Shown piece by piece: positions 29,181-37,716 of a stretch of 64,000 nucleotides of DNA. A model generated the notes under the pieces. That model was not told the origin of the DNA, ran no database searches, and saw nothing but the letters and a program-made list of their open reading frames with translations. The stretch is from the NCBI GenBank assembly GCA_964420115.1, contig CAYQQO010000002.1, positions 726 to 64,725 of the forward strand. The letters are read 5' to 3'. Made by a program: the position numbers and the translations under genes. The DNA comes from an uncultured Candidatus Saccharibacteria bacterium (GTDB lineage Bacteria; Patescibacteriota; Minisyncoccia; Portnoybacterales; UBA2143). Position 1 is the stretch's first letter. The number at the start of each line of letters is the position of its first letter.

Positions 29181-29208
29181 TTGCCATAATTTTGGAATGT
29201 GCTATACT
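29181..29208 (+). promoter_or_regulatory. sigma70-like promoter TTGCCA-N16-TATACT (rpsB promoter)
   Basis: Read directly, 15 nt upstream of the probable rpsB start. Confidence 0.5.
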
Positions 29209-29222
29209 GTTTTTACAATAAA

Positions 29223-29987
29223 ATGATAAAAAAACTCATTAAGAAAGAGAAAACTAAAAAAGAAAACAAACCCGCCTCTGGCGGTTCTGCTTCTGGCGGG
29301 AAGGCAGAGGACATAGAAAAGCTTATACCCAGCCTGGAAGAAATGCTAAAAGCAGGGGCTCATTTTGGGCATCGGACCACCAAATGGCATCCTAATATGG
29401 AAGAGTATATTTTCACCCAAAGGGAAAATGTCCATGTGATTGATTTAGAAAAGAGCAGGGAGCAGATGGCTGATGCCTTAAAGTTTCTTAGAAAGATTAA
29501 AGCACAAAAAGGTGTGATTCTTTTTATTGGAACAAAGACAGTGGCCAAAGAAATTATCAGCCAGTCAGCAAAAGAATGTAAAATGCCTTATGTCGCAGAA
29601 AAGTGGGTTGGCGGCACATTAACAAATTTCAAAGTGATCTCTGACCGGTTGGAATATTTTAGAAACTTGAAAAACAAGGAGAAGACAGGGGAATTGAAAA
29701 AATATACTAAAAAAGAACAGCACGATTTTAGAGTAGAATTGGATAAACTTGAAAAACAATTTGGCGGAATTAAAAATTTAACTAAATTGCCTGATGCTAT
29801 GATGGTTGTCGATATTCATAAAGAAAAATTGGCTGTCAAAGAAGCAGGGATGATGGGGATACCGGTAGTCGGACTATGTGATACAGACGCAGATCCTTCT
29901 TCTATTGACTATCCTGTCCCGGTCAATGATGATGCGATTACTTCTTTAACGTTAATATTTAAGATGATCGTTGATGCGTTAAAGTGA
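29223..29987 (+). CDS. rpsB: 30S ribosomal protein S2 with a K/E-rich N-terminal extension
   Basis: MLKAGAHFGHRTTKWHPNMEEYIF... is the S2 core. The ORF track starts at 29199, but ATG 29223 is the more likely start. Confidence 0.9.
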   Translation: MIKKLIKKEKTKKENKPASGGSASGGKAEDIEKLIPSLEEMLKAGAHFGHRTTKWHPNMEEYIFTQRENVHVIDLEKSREQMADALKFLRKIKAQKGVILFIGTKTVAKEIISQSAKECKMPYVAEKWVGGTLTNFKVISDRLEYFRNLKNKEKTGELKKYTKKEQHDFRVELDKLEKQFGGIKNLTKLPDAMMVVDIHKEKLAVKEAGMMGIPVVGLCDTDADPSSIDYPVPVNDDAITSLTLIFKMIVDALK

Positions 29988-29996
29988 TTAAAATAT

Positions 29997-30446
29997 ATGA
30001 TTTCAGCCCAACAAATTAAAAATCTTCGTCAAAAAACAGGCCTTTCAGTAATGGATTGTAAAAATGCCCTGGAAGAAGCAGAAGGCAATGAAGAAAAGGC
30101 AGTAAAGATTTTAGAAAAAAAAGGCAAGTCAGACGCGATTAAGAAAGCTCAGCGGGAAGCTAAAGAAGGGTTAATTGAGGCCTATGTTCATAGCACTGGT
30201 AAAGTTGGAGTAATTCTGGAATTGAATTGCGAGACCGACTTTGTGGCAAAAAATAATGATTTTAAGGAATTGGCCCATGATATTGCTATGCACATTGCGG
30301 CAATGGCTCCCGAAGACGAAGGAGAACTTTTATCACAGCCATTTATTAAAGACGAACAGAAAAGTATTAAGGATTTGATAGAAGAAACTATTGCTAAATT
30401 AGGGGAAAATATTAAGATAAAGAAGTTTGTTCGTCTGGAAATATGA
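29997..30446 (+). CDS. tsf: elongation factor Ts (short form, 149 aa)
   Basis: N-terminal IKNLRQKTGLSVMDCKNALEEAEGNEEKA UBA-like motif of EF-Ts, followed by a single core domain. Confidence 0.8.
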   Translation: MISAQQIKNLRQKTGLSVMDCKNALEEAEGNEEKAVKILEKKGKSDAIKKAQREAKEGLIEAYVHSTGKVGVILELNCETDFVAKNNDFKELAHDIAMHIAAMAPEDEGELLSQPFIKDEQKSIKDLIEETIAKLGENIKIKKFVRLEI

Positions 30447-31126
30447 CTCTTAATCTTATCCTCTATATTATTATTGCTGTCAGTATAGTTGGCTTGGGTA
30501 TTATTGTTTTCCGCAAAATGCCTGTTTTGTCTCGTTTATCAGATGAAGAAATTATTATTCTTAGCAGGAAAAAGGGATTAATTCAGCGGATAAAAGAACT
30601 TGACTACAAACAGCATTGGCTTAATTTTATCATCGGGCTTGAGAAATTTCTCAGAAGAGGGAAAATAATATCTTTAAAAACAGAAAATTTATTAGGCCGT
30701 TGGAGTGATAGCTTAAGGAGAAAATCGCAGTTAATGGCTCAAAAGTCAAAAGAGTGGATTAAGCATAAAGAAGCGAAAAGACGAGAAGTTAAAGAAAGTC
30801 CAGCCAGTGAGACAAAGCATGAAATTTCTGTTAAGATAGACAAGGAAGAAGAAAGCATTAAGCCGATTATTATAGACGATGAAGAAGCCGATGATTTGCC
30901 TATTAGTGAACTGAAAAAGCCGATTGAAGAAGAGCAGAAGTGGATAAATTTGATTGTTGAAAATCCTCAAAACATTACTGCTTATAAACTTTTGGGTCTG
31001 CTTTATTGGAAACAGCATAATTATACTGATGCTAAAGCATCATTGGGAATGGCGGTTCGCTTGGGTTCACGCGACAAAAAAGTTTCTGAGGTATTAGAAG
31101 AATTAAAGAAAATGGGGGTAAAATAG
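30443..31126 (+). CDS. hypothetical membrane protein with C-terminal TPR-like helix pair
   Basis: N-terminal TM helix, a charged middle, and a C-terminal AYKLLGLLYWKQHNYTDAKASLGMAVRLG TPR-like repeat. Confidence 0.35.
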   Translation: MTLNLILYIIIAVSIVGLGIIVFRKMPVLSRLSDEEIIILSRKKGLIQRIKELDYKQHWLNFIIGLEKFLRRGKIISLKTENLLGRWSDSLRRKSQLMAQKSKEWIKHKEAKRREVKESPASETKHEISVKIDKEEESIKPIIIDDEEADDLPISELKKPIEEEQKWINLIVENPQNITAYKLLGLLYWKQHNYTDAKASLGMAVRLGSRDKKVSEVLEELKKMGVK

Positions 31127-31131
31127 CCTTG

Positions 31132-31206
31132 GCCAGCGTAGCTCAGGGGTAGAGCAGCGGTTTTGTAAACCGTCGGTCGGGGGTTCAAATCCCTCCGCTG
31201 GCTCCA
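31132..31206 (+). tRNA. tRNA-Thr (anticodon TGT), CCA encoded
   Basis: Cloverleaf folded by hand: acceptor GCCAGCG/CGCTGGC, D-arm GCTC-AGGGGTA-GAGC, anticodon stem GCGGT/ACCGT with loop TTTGTAA, T-loop GGTTCAAATCC. Confidence 0.8.
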
Positions 31207-31207
31207 G

Positions 31208-31291
31208 GGGCAGGTGGCAGAGCGGCCAAATGCACCAGACTGTAAATCTGGCGTCCTCGTGACTACGGGGGTTCGAATCCCTCCCTGCCCA
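31208..31291 (+). tRNA. tRNA-Tyr (anticodon GTA), type II long variable arm
   Basis: Anticodon arm CAGACTGTAAATCTG is identical to bacterial tRNA-Tyr. Acceptor GGGCAGG/CCTGCCC and T-loop GGTTCGAATCC. Confidence 0.8.
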
Positions 31292-31316
31292 CACCACAAA
31301 AAAATAATAGAATAAG

Positions 31317-31389
31317 GCCGACGTAGCTCAGCTGGTAGAGCACCTCCATGGTAAGGAGTAGGTCGTGAGTTCAAGTCTCACCGTCGGCT
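31317..31389 (+). tRNA. tRNA-Thr (anticodon GGT)
   Basis: Acceptor GCCGACG/CGTCGGC, D-arm GCTC-AGCTGGTA-GAGC, anticodon loop ATGGTAA, T-loop AGTTCAAGTCT. Confidence 0.8.
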
Positions 31390-31397
31390 CAAAATCT

Positions 31398-31556
31398 ATG
31401 TCGCAAGATAATTTAATAAAATTCCAATGCAGCCAGTGTAAAAGAATTAATTACTGGTCTAGTAAAAACAAAAAAAAGATTCAGAAGAAATTAGAGCTGA
31501 AAAAATTTTGCAAGTGGTGCCGCCAGCATACGGCGCACAAAGAGGTGAAGAAGTAG
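31398..31556 (+). CDS. rpmG: 50S ribosomal protein L33 (zinc-ribbon form)
   Basis: MSQDNLIKFQCSQCKRINYWSSKNKKK...KLELKKFCKWCRQHTAHKEVKK has the L33 KLELKK..KH..KE.K C-terminus with CxxC...CxxC. The upstream part of ORF 31365.. overlaps the tRNA and is not coding. Confidence 0.8.
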   Translation: MSQDNLIKFQCSQCKRINYWSSKNKKKIQKKLELKKFCKWCRQHTAHKEVKK

Positions 31557-31557
31557 T

Positions 31558-31896
31558 ATGGATATAAAAGAATATCAAAAACTTTGCGAAAGAAGCGCTA
31601 AAAAATACAGAGATAAGGAGAAAGAAATAATGAGTTGGGGGCTGGGCATTTCCGGAGAAGCTGGTGATGTTTCTGGTTGTATTAAAAAAACATATAGCCA
31701 CAAGGATAACCAGAAAAGCGGGATAAGGGAGAATTTGGGTGATACTATGTGGTATATTGCTATGATTTGTAACTTTTACGGATGGAGCTTAGAAGAGGTA
31801 ATGGAAGAAAATATTAAAAAGTTAAAAAGAAGACATCCAAAAGGGTTTTCGCATCAGGGATGCCGTAATGACAAAAGAAGGGATTGGAACAAATAA
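31558..31896 (+). CDS. MazG-like nucleotide pyrophosphohydrolase (small all-alpha NTP-PPase)
   Basis: EYQKLCERSAKK...WGLGISGEAGDV...ENLGDTMWYIAMICNFYGWSLEEVMEENIKKL matches the MazG/YpjD-type EExxE/D motif arrangement. Confidence 0.7.
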   Translation: MDIKEYQKLCERSAKKYRDKEKEIMSWGLGISGEAGDVSGCIKKTYSHKDNQKSGIRENLGDTMWYIAMICNFYGWSLEEVMEENIKKLKRRHPKGFSHQGCRNDKRRDWNK

Positions 31897-31909
31897 ATAA
31901 TATATTTAC

Positions 31910-31981
31910 GGGCGCGTCCGTTAATTGGCAAACGGTCGGCCTCCAAAGCCGATCCTGGGGGTTCGAGTCCCTCCGCGCCTG
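31910..31981 (+). tRNA. tRNA-Trp (anticodon CCA)
   Basis: Anticodon arm TCGGC-CTCCAAA-GCCGA is identical in loop to E. coli tRNA-Trp. Acceptor GGGCGCG/CGCGCCT and T-loop GGTTCGAGTCC. Confidence 0.75.
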
Positions 31982-32048
31982 CTGTTTTTTAAATATAAGG
32001 GGGAAATTGTTCTTTTAACTCTAATATCTGATAAAGGAGGAAGGGGAA

Positions 32049-32642
32049 ATGTCAGACAGAAATACTGGAAGAGAATTAATTGGGATGATAAAAAACAACC
32101 AGTTGAGCGCTTTTGATGCTCTTTATCAAAAGTACCATTATCGGTTAGAAGGTGATATTGCCAAGATTTGCCGTAGTTGGGATAAGGTTGATGATATCGC
32201 GCAGTTAGCTTGGATAAAGGCGTTTGAAGGAATAGACACTTTTGCAGAAAGGTCAGGTTTTTATACTTGGCTTTACAGGATAGCGGTCAACGAATATCTA
32301 AGCGTTCTGCGCCGGTCGCGGCGCAGAGCGAACGATATCCGTCTTATTGACTGCAGAGAAGATATTTTAGACAAGCAGGAGGACAAACGTTTGAATCCTG
32401 AAGAGAGACTGATTGCTAAGGATTTGTTGCTGGAGCTTTGCGCTTTAGTTCTGAAGATGGGGAAAATACAAAGAGATGTCTTTGTCTGTCGTTTTTTGCG
32501 CGAGCTGTCTTTAGAGGAAACGGGCAAGACGCTTGGCATAGCAGAGAGGACTGTCAATACTCGTACCCACCGGCTTAGGAAAATACTGGCTAAATTGCAT
32601 GCAGACAAATTGCTTTCAACAGAAGACAAAATAACTCTATAA
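32049..32642 (+). CDS. RNA polymerase sigma factor, sigma-70 family (ECF-like, regions 2 and 4 only)
   Basis: Region 2 reads LAWIKAFEGIDTFAERSGFYTWLYRIAVNEYL. Region 4 HTH reads LSLEETGKTLGIAERTVNTRTHRLRKIL. Confidence 0.8.
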   Translation: MSDRNTGRELIGMIKNNQLSAFDALYQKYHYRLEGDIAKICRSWDKVDDIAQLAWIKAFEGIDTFAERSGFYTWLYRIAVNEYLSVLRRSRRRANDIRLIDCREDILDKQEDKRLNPEERLIAKDLLLELCALVLKMGKIQRDVFVCRFLRELSLEETGKTLGIAERTVNTRTHRLRKILAKLHADKLLSTEDKITL

Positions 32643-32688
32643 GCTAAAGCAGGGAAGAATGCTGTGGTTGTAAATTATGCTTCTTTGC

Positions 32689-32721
32689 GCAAGCTCTGAT
32701 TTCCATCAGAGCTTGCTTTTT
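32689..32721 (+). terminator. rho-independent terminator after the sigma factor gene
   Basis: GCAAGCTCTGA-tttcca-TCAGAGCTTGC followed by TTTTT. Confidence 0.8.
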
Positions 32722-32728
32722 GTTTTAG

Positions 32729-32757
32729 TTGACAGCTGTGTTTACTTATGGTATATT
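32729..32757 (+). promoter_or_regulatory. sigma70-like promoter TTGACA-N17-TATATT
   Basis: Read directly. An AAGGAGG RBS follows before ATG 32812. Confidence 0.5.
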
Positions 32758-32811
32758 TACACTCGGTTCTTATCGTAGTTTTTTACAAACAAAATACCAA
32801 GGAGGCGAGAT

Positions 32812-33396
32812 ATGTCTAGTAATGTTATGATTATTGCCGGATATGATGTTTTGGCTGATAAAAATCCTTTTCACAGAGATTATATTAAGATGTGTATAAG
32901 ACAGACTGAAAGAGAATATATAGATATAATTGTGCTTACAGGAGGAGCGACAAATCCTAATTATCCGCATTTAACAGAAGCAGAGGCAAACTACAGAATT
33001 ATAAAAGATAGCTTCTATCAAAAAATGGGAAAGACGGGAAAGGAAGTAGTGGTTCTCCCTTTTGGCAACACGGCGATGGAGAGCTTGTCAGCTGTTAAGT
33101 TGTATTTTGAGAGGCGAGGCAAAAAAAACTCCATTAACAAACTTGTTCTGTGCGCTGAACAGTCACGGATAGCTTCTTTTATGTTTGATGCTCTGGGAAT
33201 GGGACTGCTTGATTTATCTCGAGAAATTGCGGCTTACGGCCATTATTTTCCTGAATCAAAAGACAATTTTGATGCCGAAAGAAAAAAAATGCTTTTAAGG
33301 GTTCTTTCTTATCGGAGCAGGATTTTCTTGCGAATCAGGAATTTCTATCAAAAGATACATCAAAAGAAAATGACTCGTTTGAAAGAAAAAGAATAA
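32812..33396 (+). CDS. DUF218/YdcF-like (ElyC/SanA family) protein
   Basis: IIAGYDVL...IIVLTGGATNPNYPHLTEAEANYRI matches the YdcF-like core. Confidence 0.55.
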   Translation: MSSNVMIIAGYDVLADKNPFHRDYIKMCIRQTEREYIDIIVLTGGATNPNYPHLTEAEANYRIIKDSFYQKMGKTGKEVVVLPFGNTAMESLSAVKLYFERRGKKNSINKLVLCAEQSRIASFMFDALGMGLLDLSREIAAYGHYFPESKDNFDAERKKMLLRVLSYRSRIFLRIRNFYQKIHQKKMTRLKEKE

Positions 33397-33416
33397 ATAA
33401 AAAAGGAGGGCGCGTC

Positions 33417-33836
33417 ATGGAAAGATTGGGGATTGTAATCGTAGTCGGTCTTTTTTTGCTGATTCTTATCAATATTTCCTGCGGTGATACCGTCAGGCAA
33501 GAGGGCTACGAGGATTGTTATTGGGAGACACTAAATGATACCTGTGGGTCCGGTTGCCAAGGCCAAGCCAGTGATGGATATATTAAAGGAAGGCAGAAGT
33601 ACTTGGATGGCCTGGATGAGTCTCAACAAGCATTTGCTTCGCAGTCTCACTACGACGATTATGACGATGAATATAATCGGGGCTGCCGCGAAGGACGCCG
33701 AGACGGCAGAAGAGACGGAGAAAGGATGCTAGACGACTGCTTTAACCGCGGAGTAAACTTGGGAGAAACACATCCCTTTCTTTCGCCGGAAGAACTTAAT
33801 CAGGAATTAAAGGAAATCCGCGATCAGGTCTGTTAG
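33417..33836 (+). CDS. small secreted Cys-containing protein with RRDGRRDG repeats, hypothetical
   Basis: N-terminal signal/TM, 8 Cys, and an acidic DDYDDEYNRGCREGRRDGRRDGER segment. Confidence 0.4.
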   Translation: MERLGIVIVVGLFLLILINISCGDTVRQEGYEDCYWETLNDTCGSGCQGQASDGYIKGRQKYLDGLDESQQAFASQSHYDDYDDEYNRGCREGRRDGRRDGERMLDDCFNRGVNLGETHPFLSPEELNQELKEIRDQVC

Positions 33837-33874
33837 TTCTTTTCTGTATTTTAGGAGCGGTTTCCAGCATTCGG

Positions 33875-33916
33875 GCGCTTGTCAGCCAATAAGGCGGCAG
33901 GCGCTTTTCTTTTTTT
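33875..33916 (+). terminator. rho-independent terminator
   Basis: GCGCTTG...CAGGCGC stem followed by TTTTCTTTTTTT. Confidence 0.55.
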
Positions 33917-34010
33917 AATTGTGGATTTTTTTCTTGTCATAATTAAATTATTTGTGATAGAATAAATTTATTGACATTTTCTCTTTTTTAATTATTATTT
34001 AAAAACATAA

Positions 34011-34748
34011 ATGGGCTTGTTAGGGTCATCTGATAAAAAAAATATACCTCAGCATATAGCGATTATCCCTGATGGTAATCGCCGTTGGGCAAAAAAAAGG
34101 GGACTGCCTGTTTGGCGAGGGCATTTAGCCGGCGCTAAAATGAGCAAAGAGTGGCTGAAAAGCGCGCTGGATTTAGATATTAAATACGTTTCTTTATGGG
34201 GCGGCTCTTTTGAAAATTTAACCAAACGGCCTAAAATAGAAGTTAATGTTTTAGTTAGAATATATGAGCAGTATTGCCGTAAAATGATAAAGGCCAAGGA
34301 AATTCACAAGAACCAAGTCAGGGTTAATGTTTTTGGCCGCTGGCAGGAAGTTCTGCCTAAAAAAACTTCTCAAACGTTTAGGCATTTAATAGGGGCTACT
34401 AAAAAATATAATCAACGTTTTCTCAATTTCTACATTGCCTATAATGGAACTGATGAAATGATTGAGGGGGTGAAAAGCATTGTCCAAAAAGCGCGCCGCA
34501 AAACTAATTTGAAAATAACAGGAGAAACTATTAAAGAAAGTCTCTGGACAAAAGATTTACCGCCGATTGATTTTATAATTAGAACAGGTAGCAACAACGA
34601 CCCCCACAACAGTGTTGGCTTTATGATGTGGCATACCGCTAACAGCCAGCTGTATTTCTGCAAGGAATTTTATCCTGATTTTGGCAAAAAAGCATTTTCG
34701 TCAGCTATTAAAGATTACCAGAAAAGGGAGAGGAGATTAGGGAAATGA
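34011..34748 (+). CDS. uppS: undecaprenyl diphosphate synthase (cis-prenyltransferase)
   Basis: HIAIIPDGNRRWAKKRGL signature, with downstream RTGS..DP and FxxW motifs. Confidence 0.85.
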   Translation: MGLLGSSDKKNIPQHIAIIPDGNRRWAKKRGLPVWRGHLAGAKMSKEWLKSALDLDIKYVSLWGGSFENLTKRPKIEVNVLVRIYEQYCRKMIKAKEIHKNQVRVNVFGRWQEVLPKKTSQTFRHLIGATKKYNQRFLNFYIAYNGTDEMIEGVKSIVQKARRKTNLKITGETIKESLWTKDLPPIDFIIRTGSNNDPHNSVGFMMWHTANSQLYFCKEFYPDFGKKAFSSAIKDYQKRERRLGK

Positions 34749-35377
34749 ACGGCTCTCTGATAAACAAACTTATCCAACAAAAGTATCTCAAAAGTCCGCT
34801 GACTATAGAAGCGTTTAGAAAAATCAAGCGGGCTGATTTTGCGCCTAAAGAGGTGATTAAAAATCAGGGAGAAGATTTTGTCGCTGAATACAACGCCCCC
34901 ATATCTATTGGTTATAACCAGACAATATCACAGCCACAGACAGTCGCTTTTATGTTGGAGCTTTTAAAGCCGCAAAGGGGCGATAGGGTATTAGATATTG
35001 GCTCTGGTTCTGGCTGGCAGACGGCGATGCTTTGTGATATTGTCGGTCAGAATGGCTTTGTCTATGCTGTTGAAATAGTTCAGCAATTAAAAGAATTCGG
35101 AGAAAAAAATGTCGCCAAGTATAATTTTAGAAATGTAGAGTTTATTTGCGGCGACGCTTCAGGCGGCTTGATTGATAAAGCCCCTTTTGGTAAAATTATT
35201 GCTGCGGCTGCCTCTGATCATGTTATCCCTTCTTGGAGAAAACAGCTCAAAATTGACGGAAGATTAGTTGTCCCTATTTTAAACAGTATTTGGTTAATAA
35301 TTAAAAAAGGTGAAGATGAGTTTGAAGAAAAAGAATATCCGGGATTTGCTTTTGTTCCTTTGATAGGGGGGAAATAA
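34745..35377 (+). CDS. pcm: protein-L-isoaspartate O-methyltransferase
   Basis: ISQPQTVAFMLELL...VLDIGSGSGWQTAML SAM-binding and PCMT signature. Confidence 0.8.
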   Translation: MNGSLINKLIQQKYLKSPLTIEAFRKIKRADFAPKEVIKNQGEDFVAEYNAPISIGYNQTISQPQTVAFMLELLKPQRGDRVLDIGSGSGWQTAMLCDIVGQNGFVYAVEIVQQLKEFGEKNVAKYNFRNVEFICGDASGGLIDKAPFGKIIAAAASDHVIPSWRKQLKIDGRLVVPILNSIWLIIKKGEDEFEEKEYPGFAFVPLIGGK

Positions 35378-35419
35378 CAAAGAAAAACCACGAGACATGT
35401 TTTCGTAGCGCCAATAATT

Positions 35420-36394
35420 ATGAAGGTAGTTAATAAAACAAAATTTATTCTCTTTATTATTTTTGTTATTCTGTTAATTTTAGCGGTGGCGGTTGTTTTG
35501 TTTTATCGGCATCAATTAACAGTTCCCCTAAAGACCGTAGCAACCGAAATGGTTTTTAACATTAAAAAAGGGGAGGGCGTGAAAGAAATTGCTCTTCATT
35601 TAGAAAGAGAAGGGTTGATAAGAAATAAAACCGTATTTGAATACTATATCTTTTTTAAAGATTGGGGAGGGAATCTTCAGGCCGGAGAATATTTATTAAG
35701 TCCAACTTTAAATATACCTCAAATCACCAAAATATTAGTCGGCGGCGAAGCTCTTTCAAATGAAATCCAAATTACAATCCCGGAAGGTTTTACTTTAGCC
35801 CAAATTGACGCCCGTTTGGCAAATGTGGGTTTAATTAAAGAAGGGGTTCTTAAAAATCGTCCTCATTTGGAAGGTTATTTATTCCCTGATACATATAGGT
35901 TTAACAAAGATATGACCTTAGACGAAATTACTGCTAAAATGAGAAATAATTTTGACGATAAGTTAAATCAAGAGAGGTTGCGCCAAGAAATACAAAGACA
36001 GGGCAAAACCATTCCTGAAGTAATTACTATGGCGTCTATTGTCCAGAACGAAGCTGTTTCTGATAAAGAAATGCCTATTTTAGCCGGGGTATTTTATAAT
36101 CGCTTAGAGCTTGATATGCTTTTGCAATCTGACGCGACAGTCAACTATATCACAAAAGAAAACAGAAGGCAGGCAACACTGGAAGACATTAAAATAGATT
36201 CTCCTTACAATACATATATATATTTCGGTCTCCCACCGGGGCCGATTTCCAACCCGGGCTTGTCTGCTATTAAGGCCGCTCTCTTTCCTGAAGAAACAGA
36301 CTACCTTTATTTTCTTCATCCCTTAGACAGTGAGGCGATTTTCAGCAAAACCCTTGAGGAGCACAATGGGAACAAGGATGAATATTTGCCTTAG
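35420..36394 (+). CDS. mltG: endolytic murein transglycosylase MltG (YceG family)
   Basis: N-terminal TM, then IPEGFTLAQIDARL, YLFPDTYRF and QSDATVNY motifs of YceG/MltG. Confidence 0.8.
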   Translation: MKVVNKTKFILFIIFVILLILAVAVVLFYRHQLTVPLKTVATEMVFNIKKGEGVKEIALHLEREGLIRNKTVFEYYIFFKDWGGNLQAGEYLLSPTLNIPQITKILVGGEALSNEIQITIPEGFTLAQIDARLANVGLIKEGVLKNRPHLEGYLFPDTYRFNKDMTLDEITAKMRNNFDDKLNQERLRQEIQRQGKTIPEVITMASIVQNEAVSDKEMPILAGVFYNRLELDMLLQSDATVNYITKENRRQATLEDIKIDSPYNTYIYFGLPPGPISNPGLSAIKAALFPEETDYLYFLHPLDSEAIFSKTLEEHNGNKDEYLP

Positions 36395-36419
36395 AAATAA
36401 GGAGAATTATAATCATAAT

Positions 36420-36974
36420 ATGGAACAGCAAAACAATCTGGATAAAAAAGTAGTTATGGTGGTGGCTTTTAATGAATTTAAGGATGAAGAATATTTTATA
36501 CCAAAGAAAATATTAGAGGAAGCAGGGTTTGAAATTATCACAGCCAGTAATAATCTGGGCTTTGCCCGAAGCACAGAAGGCGGGAAAATCAATGTTGATA
36601 TTTTGGTCAATGAAATGAAAATTGATAACTGCCGAGCTATTATATTTATCGGCGGACCGGGTTGTTTGGAAAATTTAGATAATAGTATTTCTTACGAAAT
36701 TTTAAAAGAGGGATTTACTAAAAACAAAGTGCTGGCGGCCATTTGCATTGCTCCTGTTATTTTTGCCAAGGCCGATATTTTGCGGGGGAGAAAGGCGACC
36801 GTCTGGTCAAGCATGAATGACCAAGAGGCGCTTAAAATTATTGGGGAGAATGGAGGCGTTTACCAACCAGAGCCGGTAGTTGTTGACGGCCGGGTGATAA
36901 CAGCCAACGGGCCAGAAGCGGCGGAGATGTTTGCTCGGGCGATTGTTCGGGTATTGACTGGAATTTGGGGATAA
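36420..36974 (+). CDS. DJ-1/PfpI family protein
   Basis: VVMVVAFNEFKDEEYFIP...AIIFIGGPG...LAAICIAPVIF matches the DJ-1 fold pattern with the Cys elbow. The start was taken at ATG 36420 inside ORF 36330... Confidence 0.7.
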   Translation: MEQQNNLDKKVVMVVAFNEFKDEEYFIPKKILEEAGFEIITASNNLGFARSTEGGKINVDILVNEMKIDNCRAIIFIGGPGCLENLDNSISYEILKEGFTKNKVLAAICIAPVIFAKADILRGRKATVWSSMNDQEALKIIGENGGVYQPEPVVVDGRVITANGPEAAEMFARAIVRVLTGIWG

Positions 36975-37118
36975 GGTAGGTTAGTTATAGGTAAAATTTA
37001 ATTGAATCTTTTATTTTGCTATAGACAATAGGCGGCCGTAAGGTAGAAGTCCTATCGAGGCGTATTTTTTAAAAGGCGCTTTTTGTCTGTCTGCGGCAAG
37101 AGATGCCTTTTTTAAATT

Positions 37119-37649
37119 ATGATGGTTTTAAAAAAAGAAAAAAAACAAGAAATTATTAACGATTTAACAGATAAATTTTCCCGCCAAAAAATAGTTATTT
37201 TTGTTGACTATACTGGTTTGAAAGTGGGGCAGCTTGAAAATTTAAGAGAAAAATTGAGAGAAAAAGGGATAGATTGTCAGGTGGCTAAAAAAACACTAAT
37301 TGACTTGGCCTTAGATAAAGCTAAGTTAAAAAATATTGCTGTCAGAAGTCTGCCTGGTCAAATTGGGGTGGTTATCGGCTACCAAGACGAAGTGACTGCT
37401 TCTAAGATTTTGTATGATTTTTCCAAAGAAAATAAAGAGATTAAAATTCTTTCCGGTTTAGTTGGCGGGGAAGTAAACGACAGCGGTATGATTGTCGCTT
37501 TGGCGAAGCTTCCTTCCAAAGAAGAGCTTATGGCTCAATTTGTTGCCCTTGTTTCTTATCCGCTTTCGGGATTGGTTAATGTTTGGGAAGGAGGGATTAA
37601 TAATTTAGTTAATGTGTTAGAAGCCGTTAAAGGCAGTAAAGAGGTTTAG
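37119..37649 (+). CDS. rplJ: 50S ribosomal protein L10
   Basis: KEKKQEIINDLTDKFSRQKIVIFVDYTGLKVGQLENLREKLRE: canonical L10 N-terminus. Confidence 0.85.
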   Translation: MMVLKKEKKQEIINDLTDKFSRQKIVIFVDYTGLKVGQLENLREKLREKGIDCQVAKKTLIDLALDKAKLKNIAVRSLPGQIGVVIGYQDEVTASKILYDFSKENKEIKILSGLVGGEVNDSGMIVALAKLPSKEELMAQFVALVSYPLSGLVNVWEGGINNLVNVLEAVKGSKEV

Positions 37650-37716
37650 AATCTTGAATTTAGTCAATTTATTATGTAAAATTAAACTAAGTTTTAGGTT
37701 TTAAATTATTTAAAAT

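Noticed and set aside
28869-29187. Minus-strand ORFs 28869..29147 and 28939..29187
   Set aside because: Low-complexity F/L/V-rich translations of the K/R-rich plus-strand region; the plus strand has a coherent promoter/RBS/ORF/terminator arrangement instead.
31021-31374. Minus-strand ORFs 31021..31374 and 31103..31297 (117 and 64 aa)
   Set aside because: They are antisense translations of the tRNA-Thr/Tyr/Thr genes (GIRTP...DLQSG peptides are the usual tRNA-antisense artefacts); not coding.
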